Assembly: GCF_009914755.1 (NCBI RefSeq) | Contig: NC_060948.1 | Length of the DNA: 64,000 bases | Strand: one strand, 5' to 3' | Source of the DNA: the human T2T-CHM13v2.0 reference genome, Homo sapiens | Shown here: positions 43,101 to 56,885 of the stretch, one piece after another | How positions within the stretch are numbered: position 1 is the stretch's first letter | How the letters are laid out: every line of letters begins with the position of its first letter | The notes under the pieces: generated by a model | Database searches by the model: none | Told to the model about the DNA's origin: nothing | What the model saw: the letters and a program-made list of their open reading frames with translations, nothing else | Program-made: the position numbers and the translations under genes

Positions 43101-45790
43101 TGAATGGAATAGAAATGAATAGAATGGAATGGAGATTAATGGAAAGATATTAAAATAATGGAATGGAATTGAGTGGACACGAATGGAATGGACTGGAATG
43201 GAAAGGACTCGAATGAAATGGAGCGCATCAGAATGGACTCGAATTGAATGGATTGGAGTGGAATGGTCTCGAATGGATTGGAAAGGAATGGAATGGAAAG
43301 GAATAGAATGGAATGTAATCAAATGGAACGAAATGGAATGGAATGGATTCGACTGGAGCAGAATTGAATGGAGTGGAATTGAATGGAATGGAATGCAATC
43401 GAATGGAATGGACACGAATCGAATAGAATGAAATGAAATGGCATAGAATGGAATGGAATGGAATGGAAAGGAATGGAATGGAATGGAACGGAATGGAATG
43501 GCATGGAATGGAATGGCATGGCATGGAATGGAATGGAATGGAATGGAATGAAATGGATTGGAAGGGGATGGGCCCAAAAGTAATAGACTCAAATAAAAGG
43601 GACTCAAATAGAATGAAGTGGAAAGAAACGGTCTCGAATGTAATTTATTCGAATAGAATGATATTGAATGGAATGCAATAGTATGGAATGGTATCGAATA
43701 TAATGGAATAGAATGGAATGGAATGGAACGGAATGGAGTGCAATTGAACGGACTCAAATGCAATAAATTGCAACATAATTGATTCAAATGGAATGGAATC
43801 GAATAGAATGTAAACAAATGGAATGGAAGGCAATGCAATGGAAAGGAATCGAATGAAATGGAATAAATGGAATGGAATGGAATGGAATGGAAAGGACGCG
43901 AATATATTGGACTGTTAAGGAAAGGTGTCAAATCGAATTTATTCCAATAGAATGGAATCGAATGGAATGCAATACTATTGAATCGAATCGAATGGAATGG
44001 AATTGAATGGAATGGACAGGAATGGAATGACCTGGAAGTGAATGGACAGGAACGTAGTATATTGCAATGTAATTTATTCTAATGGAATGGAATGCAATCG
44101 AATGGAATGGACTCGATTGGAATGGACTGGAGTGGAATGGACTCAAATGGAATGGCAAGGAATGGAATGGAATGGAATGGAAAGCAAAGGAATCTACTGG
44201 AATAGAATCGAACGGAACAGAAAGGAATGGAATGTAATGGAGTGGAATGGACTCGAATGGAATGTATTCGAATGTAATGGACCTAAAAAGGAATGGAATC
44301 CAATGGAATGGAATTGAATGGAATCAAAAGGAATAGAAAGGAATAGAGTGTAATTGAATGATATCGAAAGGAAGGGAATGGAATGAACTCGAATGGAATG
44401 CACTGGAATGGAATGGACTCGATCAGAACGGACCGGAGAGGAATGTACACAAATGGAATGGAAACGAATGGAATGGAATGAAATGGAATGGAATGAAATG
44501 GAATTGAAAGGAACGGAATCAAATGGAATGGAATGGAATGGAATGGATTGGAATAGAATGGATTCAAATAAAATAGAATCGATGGGAATGGTATTGAATG
44601 AAAGGGACTTGAATGGAATGGAAAGCAATGGAAGATATTGGAATCGAATGGCATCGAATGAAATGGAATGGAACGGAATCGAACGGAACCGAATGGAATG
44701 GAATGGACTCAAATGTAATGGACACCAATGGAATCGACTGAAATATAATAGTGTCGAAAGGAATGGCCTCGAGCGGAATTTATTGAATAGAATGGAATCA
44801 AATGGAATACAATACCATTGAATGGAATCGAATGGAATGGAATCGAATGGAATGTAATCAAATGGAATGGAACGGAATTCAATATAATGGAGTAGAATGG
44901 AATGCATTGGAAAGGAGCAGAGTGGAATCAAGTGGAATGGAATCGAGTGGAATGGAATCAATGGGAACAAAATCGAATTGAATGGACTTGAATGGAATTG
45001 ACACGAAAGGAACGGACTGGAACAAAAAGGAATCAAATGGACAGGAATGGGATGGAATGGACACGAATGGAATGGAGTCAAATGCAAACGCATCGAATGG
45101 AATGGATTGAAATGGAATGCAGTGGAATGGAACAGAAAGGAAGAGAATGGAATTGAGAGTAATGGAAAGATATCGATTGGAATGAAATGGAATGGAAAGG
45201 AATTGAATGGAAAGGAATGGAGTGGAAAGAAATGGATTGGAATGGAATGGTCTCCAATGGAATGGACTGGAGTGGAATGGAATCGAATGGAATGAAAAGA
45301 ATGGAACGGAATGGAACGGAAAGGAATAGAATGTTATGGAATCCGATTGGACAGAATGGAATGGAATGGAGTTTCATGAAATGGAGTCGAATAGAGTGGC
45401 ATCAAAAGGAATGGAATGGAATGGAGTGGACTCAAAAGGAATGGACTCGAAAGGAATGGAGTCCAACCAAATTGAATGAAATGGATTGGAGTCGAACAGA
45501 ATGGAATGGAATGTTGTGAACTCGACTGGAGTAGAGAGGAATGTAAAGGAATAGAATGGAATGTAATCAAATGGATTGCAAGTGAATGGAATCAAAAGTA
45601 ATAGAAAGGAATGGAGTGTAAAGGGATGATATTGAATATAATGGAATGGAATGGAATTTAATGGAATGGAGACGAAGGAATGGACAGGAATGTAATGGAC
45701 TCCAATGGAATGGAATGGATCAAAATGGATTTGAACAGATTGGAATCGAACGGAATGGAATGCAATGGAATGGAATGGACTCGAATGGAG
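40200..45790 (+). repeat. Higher-order unit 8 (5591 bp), type C
   Basis: Alleles GAAATCGAATTG (~40855), TTTAACGAATTGTAACG (~42930), AAAACGGTAG (~42963), TGAATGATATCG (~44355) and AATGTTGTGAA (~45510). Confidence 0.93.
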
Positions 45791-48700
45791 AAGAGACAAA
45801 TGGAATGGAAACGAATTCAATGGAATTGAAAAGAATAGGATGGAATGGCGTGTAATGGTAAGATACTAAGTGGAATGGAATTGAATGGAATGCAATGGAC
45901 CCAAATGTAATGCACTCGAAAGGAATATACTCAAATAGAATGGAATCGAAAGGAAAGGTCTCAAATGGAATTTATTCAATACAATGGAATCGAATGGAAT
46001 GCAATAGAATGGAATGGAATCGAATGTAATGGAATCAAATAGAATGGACCAGAATGGAATGGACTGCCATAGAACGGACTGCAGTGTAATGGATTGAATC
46101 CTAAATCATTCAAATGGAATGGAATTGAATGGAATGGAATACAAAGGAATGGATAGGATTGAACTGGAATGGAATAGCATGGAATGCAACGGAGTGGAAT
46201 GGAGTTGAATGAAGTGGAATGGAATCGATTGGAATGGAATCAAATGGAATGGACGGGAATGGAATGGACTGGAAGAGAACAGACTGGAATTTAATGGATT
46301 GCACTGTAATTGATTCAAATGGAATGGAATCGAATGGAATGTAATAAAATTGAAGGGATTTGAGTTCAATGCAATGGAATAGAATGGAATGCAAAGGAAA
46401 GGAAAGGTACGGAGTGAAATCGAGTGTAACGGAATCGAATGGAATGAAATGGAATGGAATGGACTCAAAAGAAATGGAAGAGGGACAAAACGGAATCGAA
46501 CTGATTGGAATCGAACGGAACGGAATGGAATGGAATGGTCTCCATTGGATCGGAGTAGAACGGGCTGGAATGGAATGGAATGAAATGGAATGGAAAGGAA
46601 TAGAATGGAATGGAATGGAATGGAATGGAATTGAATGGAAGGTAATGGAAAGATATTGAACGGATTGGAAAGGAATGGAATGGACCCTAATGGAATGGAA
46701 TGGAATTCAACAGAAACGAATGGAATGGACTGGAGTGAAATGGAGTCGAATGTAATTGACTGGAGTGGAATGGACTCGAAAGGAATGGACTCGAATAGAA
46801 TGGACTGGAATGGATTGTACTCGAATGGAGTGGAAAGGAATACAATGGATTCCACCAGATTGGAATGGAACAGAATGTAATGGAATGGAATGGAATGCAA
46901 TGGAATAGCTCCAATGGAATGGAGTCGAATGCAATGGAACAGAAAGGAAAGGAATTGAATGGAATTGAAAGGAATAGAACAAAATGGAGTGCAAAGGAAA
47001 GATATCGAATGGAATGGATCGAAAAGAAATCGAATGGAATGGACAGGAATGGAATGGAATAGAATGGAATAGACTGGCGTGCAATGAAAACGAATGGAAT
47101 GGAAACGAATGGAATGCAATGGAAAGGAATGGAGTAGAATAAATACTATGGAATGGAATGGAGGCGAAAGGAAAAGAATGGATTGGAATGTCACCGAATG
47201 GAAAGCTATGGAATGGAAAGGAATGGATACGAATGGAATGGAATAGAAAGGAACGGAAAGGTAAAGAATGGAATGGAATCGGATAGAATGGAATGCAATG
47301 TAATGGAGTCGAATGGAAAATAATCGTGTAGAATGATATCGAATGGAATGGAATTGAATGGAATGGAATGGAATGGACTCGAATGGAATGTACTCAAATG
47401 GATTAGAATAGAATGGAATGGAACTAAACGTAATGAACTCGAATGGAATGGACACAAATAGAATGGAAGAGAAAGGAATGGTATTGAATGGAATTTATTC
47501 GAATAGAGTGGAATTCAATGGAATGCAACAGTGTGGCATGGAATCAAATGGAATGGAATCGAATGGAATGGACCCGAGTGGAATGGACTCACATAGAACA
47601 GCCTCGAATGTAATGGATGACAATGTATTAGATTCGAAAGGACTGAAATCGAATGGAATGTAATCAAGTAGAACGGAATTGAATGCATGGAATGGCATAG
47701 AAAGTAACGCAATGGAATGGAATAGACTGGAATGGAATGGAATCAGATGGAATGTAATGAAATGTAATGGAAGGAATGCCATGGAATGGAATGGAATGGA
47801 ATGCAATGGGACGGTGTATAATGGAGTGCAATGGATTTCAGTGGAATGTAGTCCAAAGGAAAGAAATAGAATGGAATTCAATATAATGGAATGGCATCCA
47901 ATGGCAAGGAATGGAGCGGACTCCAATGGAAACGACATGAAAGTAATATAATATAATGGAAAGGCATTGAACGAAATGGAATGCAATGGAGTTAAAAGGT
48001 AAAATATCGAATGGAAAAGAATTGAATGGACTCGAAAGGAATATAATGGAATGGAATGGACTCGAATGGAATGTACTAGAGTTGAATGGAATCGAATGGA
48101 ATGGAAAACAATGGAAAGGAAAGGAAGGGAATTGAAAGGAAAGGAATAGAATGGAATGGAATCGGATGGAACAGAATTGAATGGAATGGAAACTAAAGGA
48201 ATAGAATAGAAAGGAATCGCATTGAATGGAATGGAATGGAATGGAATCAGATGGAACAGAAAGGAATGGAATAGAATCGAATGGAATGGCATCGAATGGA
48301 TGGAATGGAATGGAATGGAATAGAAAGGAATGGAATGGACTCGAATGGAATGTACTCAAATGGAATAGAATAGAATGGAATGGAAGTAAATATAATGGAC
48401 TCGAATGGAATGCATTGGAATAAATTGGAATTGAGTGTATTGGATTCGAATGGAAAGGAAAGGAATGGAATGGAATGGAAAGGAATGGAATGGAATGGAT
48501 TCGAATGGAATGGAATCGAATGGAATGGAACGAATTGGAATGTAATTGAATGGAGTCAAAAACAGTAGAAAGTAATAAAGTTTCATCGAATGATATCGAA
48601 TGGAATTGAATGGAATGTACGCGAAGGGAATGGACAGGAATGGAATGGAGTGACATGTAACGGAATCGAAAGGAATGGAATCCAATGAAATGGAATTGAA

Positions 48701-51294
48701 TGGAATAGAAATGAATAGAATGGAATGGAGATTAATGGAAAGATATTAAAATAATGGAATGGAATTGAGTGGACACGAATGGAAAGGACTGGAATGGAAA
48801 GGACTCGAATGAAATGGACCACATTAGAATGGACTCGAATGGAATGGATTGGAGTGGAATGGTCTCGAATGGATTGGAAAGGAATGGAATGCAAAGGAAT
48901 AGAATGGAATGTAATCAAATGGAACGAAATGGAATGGAATGGATTCGACTGGAGCAGAATTGAATGGAGTGGAATTGAATGGAATGGAATGCAATCGAAT
49001 GGAATGGACACGAATCGAATAGAATGAAATGAAAAGGCATAGAATGGAATGGAATGGAATGGAATGGAATGGAATGGAATGGATTGGAATGGGATGGGCC
49101 CAAAAGTAATAGACTCAAATAAAAGGGACTCAAATAGAATGAACTGGAAAGAAACAGTCTCGAATGTAATTTATTCGAATAGAATGATATTGAATGGAAT
49201 GCAACAGTATGGAATGGTATCGAATAGAATGGAATAGAATAGAATGGAATGGAACGGAATGGAGTGCAATTGAACGGACTCAAATGCAATAAATTGCAAT
49301 ATAATTGATTCAAATGGAATGGAATCGAATAGAATGTAAACAAATGGAATGGAAGGCAATGCAATGGAAAGGAATCGAATGAAATGGAATAAATGGAATG
49401 GAATGGAATGGAAAGGACGCGAATATATTGGACTGTTAAGGAAAGGTGTCAAATCGAATTTATTCCAATAGAATGGAATCGAATGGAATGCAATACTATT
49501 GAATCGAATCGAATGGAATGGAATTGAATGGAATGGACAGGAATGGAATGAACTGGAAGTGAATGGACAGGAACGTAATATATTGCAATGTAATTTATTC
49601 AAATGGAATGGAATGCAATCGAATGGAATGGACTCGATTGGAATGGACTGGAGTGGAATGTACTCAAATGGAATGGCAAGGAATGGAATGGAATGGAATG
49701 GAAAGCAAAGGAATCTACTGGAATAGAATCGAACGGAACAGAAAGGAATGGAATGGAATGGAGTGGAATGGACTCGAATGGAATGTATTCGAATGTAATG
49801 GACCTAAAAAGGAATGGAATCCAATGGAATGGAATTGAATGGAATCAAAAGGAATAGAAAGGAATAGAGTGTAATTGAATATCGAAAGGAAGGGAATGGA
49901 ATGAACTCGAATGGAATGCACTGGAATGGAATGGACTCGATCAGAACGGACTGGAGAGGAATGTACACAAATGGAATGGAATGAAATGGAATGGAATGCA
50001 ATGGAATTGAAAGGAACGGAATCAAATGGAATGGAATGGAATGGAATGGATTGGAATAGAATGTATTCAAATAAAATAGAATCGATGGGAATGCTATTGA
50101 ATGAAAGGGACTTGAATGGAATGGAAAGCAATGGAAGATATTGGAATCGAATGGCATCGAATGAAATGGAATGGAACGGAATGGAACGGAACCGAATGGA
50201 ATGGAATGGACTCAAATGTAACGGACACCAATGGAATCGACTGAAATATAATAGTGTCGAAAGGAATGGCCTCGAGCGGAATTTATTTGAATAGAATGGA
50301 ATCAAATGGAATACAATACCATTGAATGGAATCGAATGGTATGGAATCGAATGGAATGTAATCAAATGGAATGGAACGGAATTCAATATAATGGAGTAGA
50401 ATGGAATGTATTGGAAAGGAGCAGAGTGGAATCAAGTGGAATGGAATCGAGTGGAATGGAATCAATGGGAACAAAATCGAATTGAATGGACTTGAATGGA
50501 ACTGACTCGAAAGGAATGGACTGGAACAAAAAGGAATCAAATGGACAGGAATGGGATGGAATGGACACGAATGGAATGGAGTCAAATGCAAACGCATCGA
50601 ATGGAATGGATTCAAATGGAATGCAATGGAATGGAAGAGAAAGGAAGAGAATGGAATTGAGAGTAATGGAAAGATATCGATTGGAATGAAATGGAATGGA
50701 AAGGAATTGAATGGAAAGGAAGGGAGTGGAAAGAAATGGATTGGAATGGAATGGTCTCCAATGGAATGGACTGGAGTGGAATGGAATCGAATGGAATGAA
50801 AAGAATGGAACGGAATGGAACGGAAAGGAATAGAATGTTATGGAATCCGATTGGACAGAATGGAATGGAATGGAGTTTCATGAAATGGAGTCGAATAGAG
50901 TGGCATCAAAAGGAATGGAATGGAATGGAGTGGACTCAAAAGGAATGGACTCGAAAGGAATGGAGTCCAACCAAATTGAATGAAATGGATTGGAGTCGAA
51001 CAGAATGGAATGGAATGGAATGAACTCGACTGGAGTAGAGAGGAATGTAAAGGAATAGAATGGAATGTAATCAAATGGATTGCAAGTGAATGGAATCAAA
51101 AATAATAGAAAGGAATGGAGTGTAAAGGGATGATATGGAATAAAATGGAATGGAATGGAATTTAATGGAATGGAGTCGAAGGAATGGACAGGAATGTAAT
51201 GGACTCCAATGGAATGGAATGGATGAAAATGGATTTGAACAGATTGGAATCGAACGGAATGGAATGCAATGGAATGGAATGGACTGGAATGGAG
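45791..51294 (+). repeat. Higher-order unit 9 (5504 bp), type D, lacks the GGCAT island
   Basis: Alleles GAATCCTAAATC (~46096), ACAAAGGAATGGATAGGATTGAAC (~46141), GGACCACATTAG (~48816). No (GGCAT)n tract at ~49080. Confidence 0.93.
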
Positions 51295-54200
51295 AAGAGA
51301 CAAATGGAATGGAAACGAATTCAATGGAATTGAAAAGAATAGGATGGAATGGCGTGTAATGGTAAGATACTAAATGGAATGGAATTGAATGGAATGGAAT
51401 GGACCCAAATGTAATGCACTCGAAAGGAATATACTCAAATAGAATGGAATCGAAAGGAAAGGTCTCAAATGGAATTTATTCAATACAATGGAATCGAATG
51501 GAATGCAATAGAATGGAATGGAATCGAATGTAATGGAATCAAATAGAATGGACCAGAATGGAATGGACTGCCATAGAACGGACTGCAGTGTAATGGATTG
51601 AATTCTAATTCATTCAAATGGAATGGAATTGAATGGAATGGAATCCAATGGAATGGATAGGATTGTACTGGAATGGAATAGCATGGAATGCAACGGAGTG
51701 GAATGGAGTTGAATGAAGTGGAATGGAATCGATTGGAATGGAATCAAATGGAATGGACGGGAATGGAATGGACTGGAAGAGAACAGACTCGAATTTAATG
51801 GATTGCAATGTAATTGATTCAAATGGAATGGAATCGAATGGAATGTAATAAAATTGAAGGGATTTGAGTTCAATGCAATGGAATAGAATGGAATGCAAAG
51901 GAAAGGAAAGGTACGGAGTGAAATCGAGTGTAATGGAATCGAATGGAATGAAATCGAATTGAATGGACTCAAAAGAAATGGACGAGGGACAAAACGGAAT
52001 CGAACTGATTGGAATCGAATGGAACGGAATGGAATGGAATGGTCTCCATTGGATCGGAGTAGAACGGACTGGAATGGAATGGAATGAAATGGAATGGAAA
52101 GGAATAGAATGGAACGGAATGGAATGGAATGGAATGGAATGGAAGGTAATGGAAAGATATCGAACGGATTGGAAAGGAATGGAATGGACCCTAATGGAAT
52201 GGAATAGAATTCAACAGAAAGGAATGGAATGGAATGGAGTGAAATGGAGTCGAATGTAATTGACTGGAGTGGAATGGACTCGAAAGGAATGGACTCGAAT
52301 AGAATGGACTGGAATGGATTGTACTCGAATGGAGTGGAAAGGAATACAATGGATTCCACCAGATTGGAATGGAACAGAATGTAATGGAATGGAATGGAAT
52401 GCAATGGAATAGCTCCAATGGAATGGAGTCGAATGCAATGGAACAGAAAGGAAAGGAATTGAATGGAATTGAAAGGAATAGAACAAAATGGAGTGCAAAG
52501 GAAAGATATCGAATGGAATGGATCGAAAAGAAATCGAATGGAATGGACAGGAATGGAATGGAATAGAATGGAATAGACTGGCGTGCAATGAAAACGAATC
52601 GAATGGAAACGAATGGAATGCAATGGAAAGGAATGGAGTAGAATAAATACTATGGAATGGAATGGAGGCGAAAGGAAAAGAATGGATTGGAATGTCACCG
52701 AATGGAAAGATATGGAATGGAAAGGAATGGATACGAATGGAATGGAATAGAAAGGAACGGAAAGGTAAAGAATGGAATGGAATCGGATAGAATGGAATGC
52801 AATGTAATGGAGTCGAATGGAAAATAATCGTGTAGAATGATATCGAATGGAATGGAATTGAATGGAATGGAATGGAATGGACTCGAATGGAATGTACTCA
52901 AATGGATTAGAATAGAATGGAATGGAACTAAACGTAATGAACTCGAATGGAATGGACACAAATAGAATGGAAGAGAAAGGAATGGTATTGAATGGAATTT
53001 ATTCGAATAGAGTGGAATTCAATGGAATGCAACAGTGTGGCATGGAATCAAATGGAATGGAATCGAATGGAATGGACCCGAGTGGAATGGACTCACATAG
53101 AACAGCCTCGAATGTAATGGATGACAATGTATTAGATTCGAAAGGACTGAAATCGAATGGAATGTAATCAAGTAGAACGGAATTGAATGCATGGAATGGC
53201 ATGGAAAGTAACGCAATGGAATGGAATAGACTGGAATGGAATGGAATCGGATGGAATGTAATGAAATGTAATGGAAGGAATGCCATGGAATGGAATGGAA
53301 TGGAATGCAATGGGACGGTGTATAATGGAGTGCAATGGATTTCAGTGGAATGTAGTCCAAAGGAAAGAAATAGAATGGAATTCAATAAAATAGAATGGCA
53401 TCCAATGGCAAGGAATGGAGCGGACTCCAATGGAAACGACATGAAAGGAATATAATATAATGAAATGGCATTGAACGAAATGGAATGCAATGGAGTTAAA
53501 AGGTAAAATATCGAATGGAAAAGAATTGAATGGACTCGAAAGGAATATAATGGAATGGAATGGACTCGAATGGAATGTACTAGAGTTGAATGGAATCGAA
53601 TGGAATGGAAAACAATGGAAAGGAAAGGAAGGGAATTGAAAGGAAAGGAATAGAATGGAATGGAATCGGATGGAACGGAATTGAATGGAATGGAAACTAA
53701 AGGAATAGAATAGAAAGGAATCGCATTGAATGGAATGGAATGGAATGGAATCAGATGGAACAGAAAAGAATGGAATAGAATCGAATGGAATGGCATCGAA
53801 TGGATGGAATGGAATGGAATGGAATGGAATAGAAAGGAATGGAATGGACTCGAATGGAATGTACTCAAATGGAATAGAATAGAATGGAATGGAAGTAAAT
53901 ATAATGGACTCGAATGGAATGCATTGGAATAAATTGGAATTGAGTGTATTGGATTCGAATGGAAAGGAATGGAATGGAATGGAATGGAGTGGAATGGATT
54001 GGAATGGAATGGAATCGAATGGAATTTAACGAATTGTAACGTAATTGAATGGAGTCAAAAACGGTAGAAAGAAATAGAGTTTCATTGAATGATATCGAAT
54101 GGAATTGAATGGAATGTACGCGAATGGAATGGACCGGAATGGAATGGAGTGACATGTAACGGAATCGAAAGGAATGGAATCCAATGAAATGGAATTGAAT

Positions 54201-56885
54201 GGAATAGAAATGAATAGAATGGAATGGAGATTAATGGAAAGACATTAAAATAATGGAATGGAATTGAGTGGACACGAATGGAATGGACTGGAATGGAAAG
54301 GACTCGAATGAAATGGAGCGCATCAGAATGGACTCGAATTGAATGGATTGGAGTGGAATGGTCTCGAATGGATTGGAAAGGAATGGAATGGAAAGGAATA
54401 GGATGGAATGTAATCAAATGGAACGAAATGGAATGGAATGGATTCGACTGGAGCAGAATTGAATGGAGTGGAATTGAATGGAATGGAATGCAATCGAATG
54501 GAATGGACACGAATCGAATAGAATGAAATGAAATGGCATAGAATGGAATGGAATGGAATGGAAAGGAATGGAATGGAATGGAACGGAATGGAATGGCATG
54601 GAATGGAATGGCATGGCATGGAATGGAATGGAATGGAATGGAATGAAATGGATTGGAAGGGGATGGGCCCAAAAGTAATAGACTCAAATAAAAGGGACTC
54701 AAATAGAATGAAGTGGAAAGAAACGGTCTCGAATGTAATTTATTCGAATAGAATGATATTGAATGGAATGCAATAGTATGGAATGGTATCGAATATAATG
54801 GAATAGAATGGAATGGAATGGAACGGAATGGAGTGCAATTGAACGGACTCAAATGCAATAAATTGCAACATAATTGATTCAAATGGAATGGAATCGAATA
54901 GAATGTAAACAAATGGAATGGAAGGCAATGCAATGGAAAGGAATCGAATGAAATGGAATAAATGGAATGGAATGGAATGGAATGGAAAGGACGCGAATAT
55001 ATTGGACTGTTAAGGAAAGGTGTCAAATCGAATTTATTCCAATAGAATGGAATCGAATGGAATGCAATACTATTGAATCGAATCGAATGGAATGGAATTG
55101 AATGGAATGGACAGGAATGGAATGACCTGGAAGTGAATGGACAGGAACGTAGTATATTGCAATGTAATTTATTCTAATGGAATGGAATGCAATCGAATGG
55201 AATGGACTCGATTGGAATGGACTGGAGTGGAATGGACTCAAATGGAATGGCAAGGAATGGAATGGAATGGAATGGAAAGCAAAGGAATCTACTGGAATAG
55301 AATCGAACGGAACAGAAAGGAATGGAATGTAATGGAGTGGAATGGACTCGAATGGAATGTATTCGAATGTAATGGACCTAAAAAGGAATGGAATCCAATG
55401 GAATGGAATTGAATGGAATCAAAAGGAATAGAAAGGAATAGAGTGTAATTGAATGATATCGAAAGGAAGGGAATGGAATGAACTCGAATGGAATGCACTG
55501 GAATGGAATGGACTCGATCAGAACGGACCGGAGAGGAATGTACACAAATGGAATGGAAACGAAAGGAATGGAATGAAATGGAATGGAATGAAATGGAATT
55601 GAAAGGAACGGAATCAAATGGAATGGAATGGAATGGAATGGATTGGAATAGAATGGATTCAAATAAAATAGAATCGATGGGAATGGTATTGAATGAAAGG
55701 GACTTGAATGGAATGGAAAGCAATGGAAGATATTGGAATCGAATGGCATCGAATGAAATGGAATGGAACGGAATGGAACGGAACCGAATGGAATGGAATG
55801 GACTCAAATGTAATGGACACCAATGGAATCGACTGAAATATAATAGTGTCGAAAGGAATGGCCTCGAGCGGAATTTATTGAATAGAATGGAATCAAATGG
55901 AATACAATACCATTGAATGGAATCGAATGGAATGGAATCGAATGGAATGTAATCAAATGGAATGGAACGGAATTCAATATAATGGAGTAGAATGGAATGC
56001 ATTGGAAAGGAGCAGAGTGGAATCAAGTGGAATGGAATCGAGTGGAATGGAATCAATGGGAACAAAATCGAATTGAATGGACTTGAATGGAATTGACACG
56101 AAAGGAACGGACTGGAAGAAAAAGGAATCAAATGGACAGGAATGGGATGGAATGGACACGAATGGAATGGAGTCAAATGCAAACGCATCGAATGGAATGG
56201 ATTGAAATGGAATGCAGTGGAATGGAACAGAAAGGAAGAGAATGGAATTGAGAGTAATGGAAAGATATCGATTGGAATGAAATGGAATGGAAAGGAATTG
56301 AATGGAAAGGAATGGAGTGGAAAGAAATGGATTGGAATGGAATGGTCTCCAATGGAATGGACTGGAGTGGAATGGAATCGAATGGAATGAAAAGAATGGA
56401 ACGGAATGGAACGGAAAGGAATAGAATGTTATGGAATCCGATTGGACAGAATGGAATGGAATGGAGTTTCATGAAATGGAGTCGAATAGAGTGGCATCAA
56501 AAGGAATGGAATGGAATGGAGTGGACTCAAAAGGAATGGACTCGAAAGGAATGAAGTCCAACCAAATTGAATCAAATGGATTGGAGTCGAACAGAATGGA
56601 ATGGAATGTTGTGAACTCGACTGGAGTAGAGAGGAATGTAAAGGAATAGAATGGAATGTAATCAAATGGATTGCAAGTGAATGGAATCAAAAGTAATAGA
56701 AAGGAATGGAGTGTAAAGGGATGATATTGAATATAATGGAATGGAATGGAATTTAATGGAATGGAGACGAAGGAATGGACAGGAATGTAATGGACTCCAA
56801 TGGAATGGAATGGATCAAAATGGATTTGAACAGATTGGAATCGAACGGAATGGAATGCAATGGAATGGAATGGACTCGAATGGAG
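51295..56885 (+). repeat. Higher-order unit 10 (5591 bp), type C
   Basis: Same length as unit 8, with the same diagnostic alleles displaced by 11,095 bp (e.g. TTTAACGAATTGTAACG ~54025, AATGTTGTGAA ~56605). Confidence 0.93.
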
